Assembly (NCBI GenBank): GCA_934660865.1
Contig: CAKUIA010000008.1
Span: 30,001-62,000, forward strand
DNA length: 32,000 nt
Source of the DNA: an uncultured Opitutales bacterium
GTDB taxonomy: Bacteria; Verrucomicrobiota; Verrucomicrobiia; Opitutales; Intestinicryptomonadaceae
Direction: 5' to 3'
The translations under genes were made by a program, and so were the position numbers. The notes beneath the pieces are model-generated. The model saw only the letters and a program-made list of their open reading frames with translations, did not search any database and had not been told where the DNA came from. The stretch's first letter is position 1; each line of letters opens with the position of its first letter. This document shows positions 8,244 through 17,445 of the stretch, one piece after another.

Positions 8244-8316
8244 TTTTATATCTAAAAAACTTGCCACAAAAAGGCCGTTTTTACATAATTTAGGCTGCAA
8301 CTTAAACCATTTATAT

Positions 8317-10101
8317 ATGATGAATACCAAATACGCAAAAACACTTGTTTTGGCTTTAACGGGCGCATTGTGCGCCGCTTTTTTTGCCGCGTGCACCTCG
8401 GCAAACTGCAAAAAGCTAAACGAGACAAAAATAATTAACATTGCCGATTTCGGTGCAAAGCCCGACGGCAGCGACAGCACACTAGCCCTTCAAAAAGCGC
8501 TAAGCGAGGCGAAAAAGCACCCCCATGCGCACATAAAATTCGGCAGGGGCGCCTACGCTTTCGGCGGCAACTTCGCAAAAGACTACTACGTTTTTGCCAG
8601 CAACAACGACGAAGGCCTAAAGCGCGTAATATTCCCCATTGTAGATTTTAACGGCCTTACAATAGAGGGCGAAAAAGACACGCTTTTTATGTTCTACGGC
8701 AACGTAAATCCTTTTTTGGTGAGAAATTCAAAAAACGTTTCGTTTAAGAATTTCGCATGCGACCTTTTCAACAGCCCCCACGCCGAAGCCGTTGTGCTAG
8801 ACACATTTGACGACGGCGTTATTTTGCGCATAAAAGACGGCAACCCCCATGTTGTAGACAACGGGCTTTTGCAGTTTAAGGCAAAGCCAAACCCCCTTAC
8901 TTCGGAAGTGCAAAGGCCCTACCGCTACGGCGGAATTTTGGAGTTTAACACCAAAGAAAAACGCCCCGAATACAACACGGGAGACTATTTCCCCGCCATA
9001 AGAATGGGCACTTTCCGCGCCGAAAAGCTGGGCAAAGACAAAGTAAAGCTTTACTACAAGCGCCTAAACAAGGCCGTAAAGGGCAACACCATTGTGTTTA
9101 CATTTTCGGGCAGGCCCCACTCTACATTTTCGGTAGACGAATCCGAAAACGTGCTCTTTAAGAACATTACAATCTACGAAGCCTACGGAATGGGAATTAT
9201 AGCCCAAAATTCGGCGAACATTGCGGTAGATGGCTGCGTATTTACCGCTGGCAAAGACCGCGTTATCAGCTGCGCCGCCGACGCCACCCACTTTGTAAAC
9301 TGCACGGGCAAAATCATACTAAACGGCAACCGCTTCGAGCAGATGATGGACGACGCAACAAACATTCACGGCATATACGAAAGGATAAAGGCCATAGAAA
9401 GCCCCAATACTTTTGTTAGCGAGCTTGTACACGTTCAGCAATACGGCTTTAAAACATTCAAGGCAAACGACAAAATAGAGTTTGTCGACAAAGATTCGAT
9501 GATGACAAAGGCAACCGCCAAAATTAAGTCGGTAGAAACCATAAACAAGCAGTTTAAAAGAATTGTTTTAGACGGCAATATTCCGGAAAACGTAATCGCA
9601 AGCGACGCCGTGGCAAAAATAAGGGATTATCCCGAAATTATCATCACAAACAACATAGTGCAAAAAAACAGGGCAAGGGGCATGCTGCTTAACTGCCGCG
9701 GCAAAACCACGGTGGAAAACAACATATTTGCAAACGGAGGCACCGCCCTGCTCTTTGAGGGCGACGCATGCTATTGGTTTGAACAAGGCGGAGTACGAGA
9801 CTGCACTATAAAAAACAACGTGTTCGAAAACAACTTCTACGCAAAGGGCTGGGGCACGGCAATAATCGGGGTGGGCTCGCGCATATCAAAAGACAAAGAC
9901 AAAAGCCGCTACAACCGCAATATTGTAATAGAAAACAACACCTTTAAAAAGTTCGACGACACCCCAATGCTTTATGCCGTTTGCATAGACAACCTAAAAT
10001 GGGCGAACAACCGCGTCGAAAAAACCGAGGCGTTCCCACCCAAAAATATCGGCAAAAAGCCCTTTATTTTAGACAATTCAAGCAACATAGAAATTAAATA
10101 G
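8317..10101 (+). CDS. GH110-like alpha-1,3-galactosidase (right-handed beta-helix), lipoprotein-type signal
   Basis: The signal peptide has a lipobox-like FFAAC. Several blocks are collinear with Bacteroides GH110 enzymes as recalled: ADATHFVNCTGKIILNGNRFEQMMDDATNIHGIY, NNIVQKNRARGMLL, and GGTALLFEGDACYWFEQGGVRDCTIKNNVFEN. Confidence 0.8.
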   Translation: MMNTKYAKTLVLALTGALCAAFFAACTSANCKKLNETKIINIADFGAKPDGSDSTLALQKALSEAKKHPHAHIKFGRGAYAFGGNFAKDYYVFASNNDEGLKRVIFPIVDFNGLTIEGEKDTLFMFYGNVNPFLVRNSKNVSFKNFACDLFNSPHAEAVVLDTFDDGVILRIKDGNPHVVDNGLLQFKAKPNPLTSEVQRPYRYGGILEFNTKEKRPEYNTGDYFPAIRMGTFRAEKLGKDKVKLYYKRLNKAVKGNTIVFTFSGRPHSTFSVDESENVLFKNITIYEAYGMGIIAQNSANIAVDGCVFTAGKDRVISCAADATHFVNCTGKIILNGNRFEQMMDDATNIHGIYERIKAIESPNTFVSELVHVQQYGFKTFKANDKIEFVDKDSMMTKATAKIKSVETINKQFKRIVLDGNIPENVIASDAVAKIRDYPEIIITNNIVQKNRARGMLLNCRGKTTVENNIFANGGTALLFEGDACYWFEQGGVRDCTIKNNVFENNFYAKGWGTAIIGVGSRISKDKDKSRYNRNIVIENNTFKKFDDTPMLYAVCIDNLKWANNRVEKTEAFPPKNIGKKPFILDNSSNIEIK

Positions 10102-10122
10102 GGCTTGCTTTTGCAAAACTTT

Positions 10123-10150
10123 GGGCGGCGGCAAAGCCGCCCATTTTTTT
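10123..10150 (+). terminator. Rho-independent terminator after the GH110-like gene
   Basis: Stem GGGCGGC (10123-10129), loop GGCAAA, stem GCCGCCC (10136-10142), then A+T7. Confidence 0.7.
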
Positions 10151-10311
10151 GTCCGCCGCCCAAAGCGCGCAATTTTGCAGCCCAAACCAAATTTGCCGCG
10201 TTTTTTGCCGAAAATTCGGGAACAAAACAAAATAAATACTTTCAAAGATATTGCATTAAACCGAGCCTCCGCGTAAAATCGGGGGCATATTTTTTATACA
10301 AAAGGAATTAT

Positions 10312-12144
10312 ATGGAATATAAATTTCAGGCCGAAGTTAAACAGGTGTTGGACATTGTTATAAACTCGCTTTACACCGACAAGGAAATTTTTGTAAGGGA
10401 GCTTGTTTCGAACGCCTCCGACGCCTCCGAAAAATTCAGGTTTGCCTCTTTGGAAAAGGGGCAGGCAATAGACGGCGATTCGCTTAAAATAAAAATTTCG
10501 TGCGACGCCGAAAAATCGGAATTTTCGATAGAAGACTCCGGCATTGGCATGACCGAAAAGGAAATTGCCGAAAACCTGGGCACCATTGCACATTCCGGGT
10601 CGAAGGCGTTTTCGAAGGCATTGCAGGCAAACGGCGGCAAGCTGCCCGAAAACATTATAGGGCAGTTCGGCGTAGGCTTTTACAGCGTGTTTATGGTTGC
10701 CGACAAAGTGGAGGTTTTAACCAAAAGCGAAAACGACAAGGCCTTTCTCTTTAAGTGCGACGGCTCCGAAAACTTCAGCATCGACGAAGCCGAAAAGCCC
10801 GAGCGCGGCACAAAGATAACCGCCCACCTAAAGCCCGAATACAAGGAGTTTGCCGACCCGCAAAGAATCAGGGAAATTCTCGAAAAATATAGCGCGTATG
10901 TAGATTTCCCCATAAGCGTAAACGAACAAACCGTTCAAACCAGAAAGGCTATTTGGCTAAAAAATAAAAGCGAAGTTTCCGACGCCGAATACGAGGATTT
11001 CTACAAATTTCAAACACACTCGTACGACAAACCCGCCGACTGGCTGCACTTTAAGGCCGACGCCCCCCTCGAGCTAAACGCGCTTATATATACCCCCTCC
11101 GAAAATCCCGAAAAATTCGGCTTCGGCAAAACAAAGCCGCAAGTTTCGATATACAGCCACAAGGTGCTTATAGACGCAGCCCCAAAAGACCTTTTGCCCG
11201 AATGGCTGCGTTTTGCAAAGGGCGTAATAGACAGCGCCGATATTCCGCTTAACATCTCGCGCGAGAGCATGCAAGACAGTGCGCTGCTTAAAAAGCTGGG
11301 CAAGGTTGTAGTTAAGCGCTACATAAAAAACCTCGCCGAAATTGCGAAGAAAAACCCCGAAAAGTTCGAAAAAATATACGCGGCAATTAGCAATTTCATT
11401 AAAGAGGGCGTTGCAGTAGACTTCGAAAACAGGGAGGCACTAACCAAGCTTTTGCGCTACGAAAGCAGCCTGTTAAAGGCGGGCGAAAAAACAACATTCG
11501 AAAGCTACGTCGAAAAAATGAAGTCGGCGCAAAAGGACATCTACTACGCTTTCGGGCGCGACCGCAACACGATAGAAAATGCCCCCTATTTGGAGGCGTT
11601 TAAGTCGCGCGGGATAGAGGTTTTGTTTATGTACGAGCCCGTAGACGTTTTTGCCATGGGCAATTTGGGCGAATTTGGCGGCAAAAAGATTGTCTCCATA
11701 GACAGCGCCGACATAGACCTAAGCGACATTCCCCTTGAAAGCGAAAATACCGAAAGCTCCCTGCCCGAAGAAGAGGTAAAAGCGCTTTGCGAATGGATAA
11801 AGGGCGCTTTGGGAGACAAAAAGGTAAAGGAGGTTTCGTCGGGCAAAAGGCTTGTAGAAAGCCCCGCTGCCGCCCTTAACGCCGACGGCCTAACCCCGCA
11901 AATGCGCGCAATGCTAAAGGCTTTTAACCCGGAGGGCACCCTGCCCGAGGCTGCGATAAATTTTGAGATAAACCCCAAAAGCGGGCTTATTAAAAACCTT
12001 AACGACCTGCGCAAAAACAACGAGCCTTTGGCAAAGCTTGTTTTAGACCAGATATACGACAACGCAATGCTTTCGGCCGGCTTGCTCGAAAACCCGCAAA
12101 ATATGGTAAAGCGTTTAAACGAGCTTATGTCGAAAATAAAATGA
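10312..12144 (+). CDS. htpG: Molecular chaperone HtpG (Hsp90)
   Basis: I place the start at ATG 10312 (MEYKFQAEVKQVLDIVINSLYTDKEIFVRELVSNASDA), preceded by AAGGA. Hsp90 signatures GQFGVGFYS and IPLNISRE are present. The upstream part of the track ORF (10105-10311) runs through the preceding terminator, so it is not coding. Confidence 0.95.
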   Translation: MEYKFQAEVKQVLDIVINSLYTDKEIFVRELVSNASDASEKFRFASLEKGQAIDGDSLKIKISCDAEKSEFSIEDSGIGMTEKEIAENLGTIAHSGSKAFSKALQANGGKLPENIIGQFGVGFYSVFMVADKVEVLTKSENDKAFLFKCDGSENFSIDEAEKPERGTKITAHLKPEYKEFADPQRIREILEKYSAYVDFPISVNEQTVQTRKAIWLKNKSEVSDAEYEDFYKFQTHSYDKPADWLHFKADAPLELNALIYTPSENPEKFGFGKTKPQVSIYSHKVLIDAAPKDLLPEWLRFAKGVIDSADIPLNISRESMQDSALLKKLGKVVVKRYIKNLAEIAKKNPEKFEKIYAAISNFIKEGVAVDFENREALTKLLRYESSLLKAGEKTTFESYVEKMKSAQKDIYYAFGRDRNTIENAPYLEAFKSRGIEVLFMYEPVDVFAMGNLGEFGGKKIVSIDSADIDLSDIPLESENTESSLPEEEVKALCEWIKGALGDKKVKEVSSGKRLVESPAAALNADGLTPQMRAMLKAFNPEGTLPEAAINFEINPKSGLIKNLNDLRKNNEPLAKLVLDQIYDNAMLSAGLLENPQNMVKRLNELMSKIK

Positions 12145-12359
12145 TAGCCAAAGCCGAACAACGCGGCGACAAAATCGCCATAACCGACGCGAAGGGCAAA
12201 GTTATAATCCGCAGGGGCTACCTTGTTTCGGTTTCGCCGAACAAGGTTTCGTATGTAAACGACAGGCTCTCTAAAACCGTTTTGGTTGTAGACGACCGCG
12301 GCAAATACATAAACTCCTACAACGTTTCAAAGCCGTTCGCCTCGGGCATAGGCTGGTAG
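12141..12359 (+). CDS. Small hypothetical protein (72 aa) translationally coupled to htpG
   Basis: The ATG overlaps the htpG stop (ATGA at 12141-12144). Codon usage resembles the neighbouring genes. A strong terminator follows 24 nt downstream. No recognisable motif. Confidence 0.45.
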   Translation: MIAKAEQRGDKIAITDAKGKVIIRRGYLVSVSPNKVSYVNDRLSKTVLVVDDRGKYINSYNVSKPFASGIGW

Positions 12360-12382
12360 CTTTGCGGCGCCTTTGCCGACGC

Positions 12383-12412
12383 AAAAAAAGCCCGAATTTT
12401 TCGGGCTTTTTT
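12383..12412. terminator. Bidirectional rho-independent terminator between convergent genes
   Basis: A7 (12383-12389), stem GCCCGA (12390-12395), loop ATTTT, stem TCGGGC (12401-12406), then T6 (12407-12412). Confidence 0.75.
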
Positions 12413-12438
12413 CGTTTTCCGGCATTGTTAAAAAGATT

Positions 12439-14805
12439 TTACCTTATTTTCATTTCAATCTTTTTAAGTTTAAAAACGCCGTTGTTTTGCATTACAAACC
12501 TAAAGTCGCTTGCGCCGTTTTGCCCGTTTTTAAACAGCACGTTTTCCATCTTAAACGAAAGTTTGCCCGAATCCATCGGCAAAGTTCCCGCCGAAAAATA
12601 GCGCTCCTTTTTTCTGTCGTACATTCTGCCGTATTGCAGCGTAATTTTGCCGTTTTTTATGGGCTCAAACTCCACGCTAAGCACAATGGTTTTGCCCTTT
12701 ACGGCTTCGGCAAAAGCGTCTTTTACGTCGAAATACAAATGGCGCATTGCGGGACTTTTAAACGTGTTTTCGCCCAAAGTAAGCCCGCTTTTGTCTATGC
12801 AAATCGCGCCGTCCGACTGTTCCCTCGGGTAGAACAGCCCGAATTTTTCGCCCGCCTTCCATTCTATTTTCTCGAAGTCGTCAATGTCGTATTCCGTAGC
12901 TTCGGCCTCTTTTTTGTTTTTTAGCATGGCAAAAAAGGTGTAGGCGTCTACCGCCTTTATTTTTGCGTTGGGGTTTGCGGCTTTTGCCTGCCGCATTGCC
13001 TCTACTATACATTCGGGCGAAATTTTTATCAGTCTAAAGGCCCTAAACTGCGTTTCTGGCTCGTCTACGTGCCCGCTTATGGCATACATATTTTTTATGG
13101 ACTGCGCAAAATTGTCGCTATTGCTAAGGTGGTAGGTGTGCAAATACGCAAGCGCAACGTTGTCTACAACCGTGCTAAAGCCCGCATTGCCGCCTATTGT
13201 TGCGGAAACGGGCACGCCCATTCCGTCGGGGTTTAAATGCGCAAGCCTGCAAAGCCAATCCTCCGAAAAATTGCGGCTTATATACATTGGCGTTATGCTT
13301 ATGCTTTGGCTTTGGTAGTATTTTTTTGCAAATTCAAAATACTCGTTAAAACTGTCGCTTTTTACGGTGCCAACCTTGTTTTTGCCGAACAAAGTTTCGG
13401 GGCTTATGTAGGCGGCGCCGTCGTCGGCAATGCCGAAAAAGTCAAAATTGGTTTTGTTGTCCAGCATATATTCGAACGCGTGGGGCACCCTGTCGGCAAG
13501 AGCGGGGTTTATGGACCAATTTAGGGGAACTATTCCCCTCTTTTGCCCGAACACCGTAAGCGCGCACTGGTTTAGCCAGGCCGAACCGTCGTAGTCCAGC
13601 ATAAAAAAGCACAGATACATAACGCCTTTTTCGGGAAGCGCCTTTTTATAGTTTTCGGGCTTTGTTATAAAGCGGTTTTTGTCGGGCTTGGGCATGTGCA
13701 TAAAAAACGAGGCGTTGCTTAACCCCAATGCCGCGTCGGCATCGTTCGCCATATTGTACGATGTTATAAGCTCTATAAACGAACATTCCGATCCTACCGC
13801 AGGCTCGTTGTCGCCGCCGTATTTTGAATATTTTAGCCACCACGGCACAAAACCGTCTACAATGCCGAATTTGCCCCTTCGCAAATCGTACGAGCTTTGC
13901 AAAAGCTTGTTCCACATTGCAAAGTCGCCGCCCTTTTTTTGCGCGGGGTCGGAAACGGGAACATAGCCGCCGCTCGGGGCCAAATCTACAATCACGCTTT
14001 TTTTGGCTATTGCGTAGTCGAAATTGAAGTGCCCGTTGTTTTGAAATTTGTAGGTGTATGAGCCGTCGTAGTTGTTTTTGCCGTAGCCGCCCTGCATATT
14101 TACATAGCAGTAGGCGTCGGGCAGATACGAAAAGCAAAAGGGATTTAAGCGCCCCTTGTCCAAATAATTTTCCTTTAAATACAAATAGGCGGCCAACTTC
14201 TGCGAGTTGTACGACTTTTCGGAAGCCTTAATGCCGAAGCTGTCGGCATAGACCGTTTTTTTTGCAAATGGCGCAAGTTTTTTGGCAAGCACGCCGTTGT
14301 CTATGTCCTGCGAAAATGCAACCATATCATCGGCGGCGGCAATGCTGGCGCACACATTCAGCAGCGCGGGGTTCTTCTTTTCCCACAAGATAAAGCCTTT
14401 GTATTTGTCGGCAAATACGGTAAAGATTTCCTCAAGGCTGTTCAGCTCTTTTACGTTTTTTGCGTCTATATAGCCCTTATTTTCGAACCAATTAAACCAA
14501 AATTTGTCTATATAATAAAACCGATCGTAATACTTCGGCAAATTCGGGTAAACGCCCTTATAGGCGGTATGCGTCAGATTTTTTGCCGCAAACAGATACA
14601 ACTGCGGCTTTTGGCGGTTTGCCAGCCCCTGAATGTTTGTAAGGGCAAATATTATGTTTATCTGCTCTTTGTTGGTTGTAGCCGCCTCGTTCTTAAAAAG
14701 GGTTTTTAGGTCTACCGTGTATATTGTGTGCTCGAATTTTGCCGCAAAAATGGGCAACGCGGCAAACAGCAGGCAAAAAATGCAAAATAGTTTTTTTATT
14801 TTCAT
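12439..14805 (-). CDS. Large secreted protein (788 aa), possibly a GxGYxYP-family putative glycoside hydrolase
   Basis: The ORF is clearly real, with signal peptide MKIKKLFCIFCLLFAALPIFA. The family call rests only on a degenerate motif, GAAYISP versus GxGYxYP, in a context that looks right (LNWSINPALADRVPHAFEYM...). The gene is solid; the function is low confidence. Confidence 0.55.
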   Translation of the reverse strand: MKIKKLFCIFCLLFAALPIFAAKFEHTIYTVDLKTLFKNEAATTNKEQINIIFALTNIQGLANRQKPQLYLFAAKNLTHTAYKGVYPNLPKYYDRFYYIDKFWFNWFENKGYIDAKNVKELNSLEEIFTVFADKYKGFILWEKKNPALLNVCASIAAADDMVAFSQDIDNGVLAKKLAPFAKKTVYADSFGIKASEKSYNSQKLAAYLYLKENYLDKGRLNPFCFSYLPDAYCYVNMQGGYGKNNYDGSYTYKFQNNGHFNFDYAIAKKSVIVDLAPSGGYVPVSDPAQKKGGDFAMWNKLLQSSYDLRRGKFGIVDGFVPWWLKYSKYGGDNEPAVGSECSFIELITSYNMANDADAALGLSNASFFMHMPKPDKNRFITKPENYKKALPEKGVMYLCFFMLDYDGSAWLNQCALTVFGQKRGIVPLNWSINPALADRVPHAFEYMLDNKTNFDFFGIADDGAAYISPETLFGKNKVGTVKSDSFNEYFEFAKKYYQSQSISITPMYISRNFSEDWLCRLAHLNPDGMGVPVSATIGGNAGFSTVVDNVALAYLHTYHLSNSDNFAQSIKNMYAISGHVDEPETQFRAFRLIKISPECIVEAMRQAKAANPNAKIKAVDAYTFFAMLKNKKEAEATEYDIDDFEKIEWKAGEKFGLFYPREQSDGAICIDKSGLTLGENTFKSPAMRHLYFDVKDAFAEAVKGKTIVLSVEFEPIKNGKITLQYGRMYDRKKERYFSAGTLPMDSGKLSFKMENVLFKNGQNGASDFRFVMQNNGVFKLKKIEMKIR

Positions 14806-14826
14806 AGCTTAAATCTTTTTTTTGAT

Positions 14827-14862
14827 AAAAAAATTGCGGCGCTCCCCTACGGATTGCCGCAA
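14827..14862 (-). terminator. Rho-independent terminator of the GH92 gene
   Basis: On the minus strand: stem TTGCGGC, 15-nt loop, stem GCCGCAA, then T7 (plus-strand A-run 14827-14833). It separates the GH92 gene from the 788-aa gene. Confidence 0.6.
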
Positions 14863-14876
14863 CAAAACGCGCGCAA

Positions 14877-17228
14877 CTAGCGCAAAGTTTTTACGGGAGT
14901 GTTTGTCAATTCCAGTTCCAAAACGCCGCCGTTGGCAAAGTCGCCGTGCTTAAGTTTGGGCTCTTTAAGCGGTTTTCCGTTTAGCTCTGCCGACGCTATA
15001 TACACATTGCCCTTCTTGTTGTTTTTGGCGATTATGGTAAAGGTTTTGCCCTTGTAATAGCGGTTGTCCAACTCTATTACAACCTTGTCGAAAACCGGCG
15101 CCGTTATTATGTATTCGGGGTCTACATTAGCGCCGCCTTGCGCGTCGAAAAGCCCCATTGCCATCAGCGAAACAAGGGCCCCTCCTACGCCGTCGTCTTC
15201 GTCGCCGTTGTAGGCGTTGTTAATTGCGTCTACTTTCGAAGCGGGATATATGGTGTCTTTAACCTGTCTCACCCAATATTGGGTTAGGTCGTACGCGCCC
15301 AAGTAGGCAAAAACGTGCGCCATTGCCATGCCGGGTTCGTTGCTGTAGTCAACCCACGGGTCGGCCAAAGAGCCTTTGTTTAAAAAGCGGCTTGGCTTTG
15401 CCTTTTCAAACTGCCAATTCAATTTTTCTATAAGCTTGTCTTTGCCGCCCATAAGCTCGGCAAGGCCATTAAAGTCGTGCATTACGTAGTATGTCATAAC
15501 GGCCGAGTTGCTTTCCACAAAGCCGCGCTGGGTAAACTGCTTTTTTTCGCCCTTTTTGTGCTCTACAATGGGCTTCCAATCGCCGCCGCCGATAAATTCG
15601 CCCGCCATATTTTTCGGGCGCATATAGCCTGTGGATTTGTCGAAAACGTTTTTATAGTTTTTAGAGCGCTTTAGGTATTTTTCGTAGTCGGCCTTATGGT
15701 TTGTTGCCAGCGCAAACTGCGCCATGCACCAGTCTTCAAACGCGAAATTAAGCGTTAATGCGCACCCCTGCAAATGGCTGGCCGAAGCCCTTTTTATGCC
15801 TTCGGGAACGTAGCCGCGCTCTATGTAGTATTTCATGTACGGGCCGGCCGGAACTTCGTAGCCGGTGTGGTCGCGTATGCCGCCTATTTCGCTGTTTTTT
15901 ATGCAGCCCTCGTAGGCGGTTTTTACGTCGAAATCCCTAATGTTTTTGTTGTAGGCCGCGGCAATAAGCGGTATAGCCTGGTCGCCCACCATAACAAAGG
16001 TGTAGTTGCCGCCGCTTGGGCCGCGGGCAATCATACCGCCCCTCGGATAGTAGTCTATAAGGCTGTTTATGTTGTCGCTTAAAGTTTTAGGCCACGCCAA
16101 AGACCAAAGGGCCGAAAGCGAAAATTCGCTGCCCCAGTGGGCGTCGCAATTTATGGAGTTAAACTTGGGCTTGCCCGACTTGTCCAAAGGCAGCTGGCGT
16201 ATTACCGTTTTTTTGCCGATGTTGTCGGGGTATTTGCCGTCTACATCGTTTATTGCCGAGCGGTGGAACGCGCGGGCCAAATCGCTGTAAAAGCGGCGCA
16301 CATTGTTTATGTCCGACGAATACACCTTTATTTTGCCCAAAACATCGTTCCAGTTTTCGGCGGCGTCGGCAACCGCCTTTTCGAAATCCCAATCGGGCAA
16401 CTCGGCATTCAAATTCTTTTGCGAGCCTTCAATGCTTGTAAACGAAATGCCTGCCTTCATAAGCAAAGGCTCTTTGGAAGGCGCAAATTTAACGTAAAAG
16501 CTTGCGCCCTTGCCCGAAACGTCTTCGAGTTTTTCGAATTTGAACCTGTCGGAGTTGCACGCCCAAACTTCGGCTATGGGGCGGTTAAATTCCAGCGTAA
16601 AATATACCGTAAAGGGATTTTTGCGGCGCATCTGCCCCGCCATTCTTACAAAGCCCTGAATCTTATTGGAGTCTACCCTTTCCATCTGCGAAAATTCGGG
16701 CTTGCTTTGCCCGAGTTCGCTGGCCAAGTCGAACATAAGCGCGGGGGCTTTTTCGGGCGAAAAAGTATATTTATGAAAGCCAACCCTCGAAGTTGCGGTA
16801 AGCTCTACCTTTGTTTTTTGATTTTGCAAGAACACTTTGTGGTAGCCCAGTTTTGCGACTTCGTCGTCGTGCGAAAACTTGTCTTTTAGCGATTCAAAGC
16901 CCTTGTATTGGCCCAATTCGCCCGTAAAAGGCATAACGGGCAACCCCGATATTTGCCAAGAGTGTATGTGGCTAAAGCACCTTATTTCGTCTCTGACATA
17001 TATGTAGCCAGCCCCCCAGGTGCCCTCGGGTTTTGTGTCGGGCGAAAGCTGAATCATTCCCTCGGGGCGCGCCGCCGAAACAAAATAATAGAACCTGGAA
17101 TTGCGGGTTCCCATTCTTACATTTGCAAAATCTACGGGTTTTGAATTTGAATTTAAATCTCCCGAATATGCCGAAATGGACATAAGCGCAGCCGCAAAAT
17201 AGGCGAAAAATTTTGGTAGTTTAGCCAT
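14877..17228 (-). CDS. GH92 family alpha-mannosidase
   Basis: Signal peptide MAKLPKFFAYFAAALMSISAYSG. It carries the GH92 N-terminal hallmark GMIQLSPDT, and its length (783 aa) and overall pattern are typical of GH92 alpha-1,2-mannosidase-like enzymes. Confidence 0.88.
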   Translation of the reverse strand: MAKLPKFFAYFAAALMSISAYSGDLNSNSKPVDFANVRMGTRNSRFYYFVSAARPEGMIQLSPDTKPEGTWGAGYIYVRDEIRCFSHIHSWQISGLPVMPFTGELGQYKGFESLKDKFSHDDEVAKLGYHKVFLQNQKTKVELTATSRVGFHKYTFSPEKAPALMFDLASELGQSKPEFSQMERVDSNKIQGFVRMAGQMRRKNPFTVYFTLEFNRPIAEVWACNSDRFKFEKLEDVSGKGASFYVKFAPSKEPLLMKAGISFTSIEGSQKNLNAELPDWDFEKAVADAAENWNDVLGKIKVYSSDINNVRRFYSDLARAFHRSAINDVDGKYPDNIGKKTVIRQLPLDKSGKPKFNSINCDAHWGSEFSLSALWSLAWPKTLSDNINSLIDYYPRGGMIARGPSGGNYTFVMVGDQAIPLIAAAYNKNIRDFDVKTAYEGCIKNSEIGGIRDHTGYEVPAGPYMKYYIERGYVPEGIKRASASHLQGCALTLNFAFEDWCMAQFALATNHKADYEKYLKRSKNYKNVFDKSTGYMRPKNMAGEFIGGGDWKPIVEHKKGEKKQFTQRGFVESNSAVMTYYVMHDFNGLAELMGGKDKLIEKLNWQFEKAKPSRFLNKGSLADPWVDYSNEPGMAMAHVFAYLGAYDLTQYWVRQVKDTIYPASKVDAINNAYNGDEDDGVGGALVSLMAMGLFDAQGGANVDPEYIITAPVFDKVVIELDNRYYKGKTFTIIAKNNKKGNVYIASAELNGKPLKEPKLKHGDFANGGVLELELTNTPVKTLR

Positions 17229-17445
17229 ATATACTTGATATTGTTAACGTTCAGTTGAATTCGTTTTCGATTTTTTAAATCGCCGAATTTGCGTCAAGTA
17301 AATTTTAACTAATCGCAATATATCCGATAAATAGCCAAGAAGAGCTTGGTATAGTGAAAATAATAGGCAGAAAAATCAACTTTTTGCTTTCTTTTTAAAA
17401 TTCACTATGTTATAAATACAATTTCATCAATCAAAATATATAATT

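Noticed and set aside
6211-8316. Retron (RT plus msr/msd) associated with the PtuAB pair
   Set aside because: No reverse-transcriptase ORF is present anywhere in the window. The flanking non-coding DNA has no long inverted repeats of the msr/msd type.
10105-10311. N-terminal extension of htpG in the ORF track (TTG start)
   Set aside because: The extension reads through the GH110 terminator hairpin (10123-10150). The Hsp90 homology begins at Met 10312, which has an AAGGA upstream.
10151-10311. Sigma-32 heat-shock promoter or CIRCE element upstream of htpG
   Set aside because: There is no CTTGAA...CCCCAT-type pair on the correct strand and no TTAGCACTC-N9-GAGTGCTAA. GGGGCAT occurs only in the wrong orientation.
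16137-16889. 250-aa ORF antisense to the GH92 gene. Similar shadows occur at 30506-31180 (opposite uup), 11586-12161 (opposite htpG) and 12373-12924 (opposite the 788-aa gene).
   Set aside because: All are nested opposite long, motif-supported CDSs. They have low-complexity, Arg/Phe-rich translations and no start context. They are artefacts of stop-poor antisense frames.
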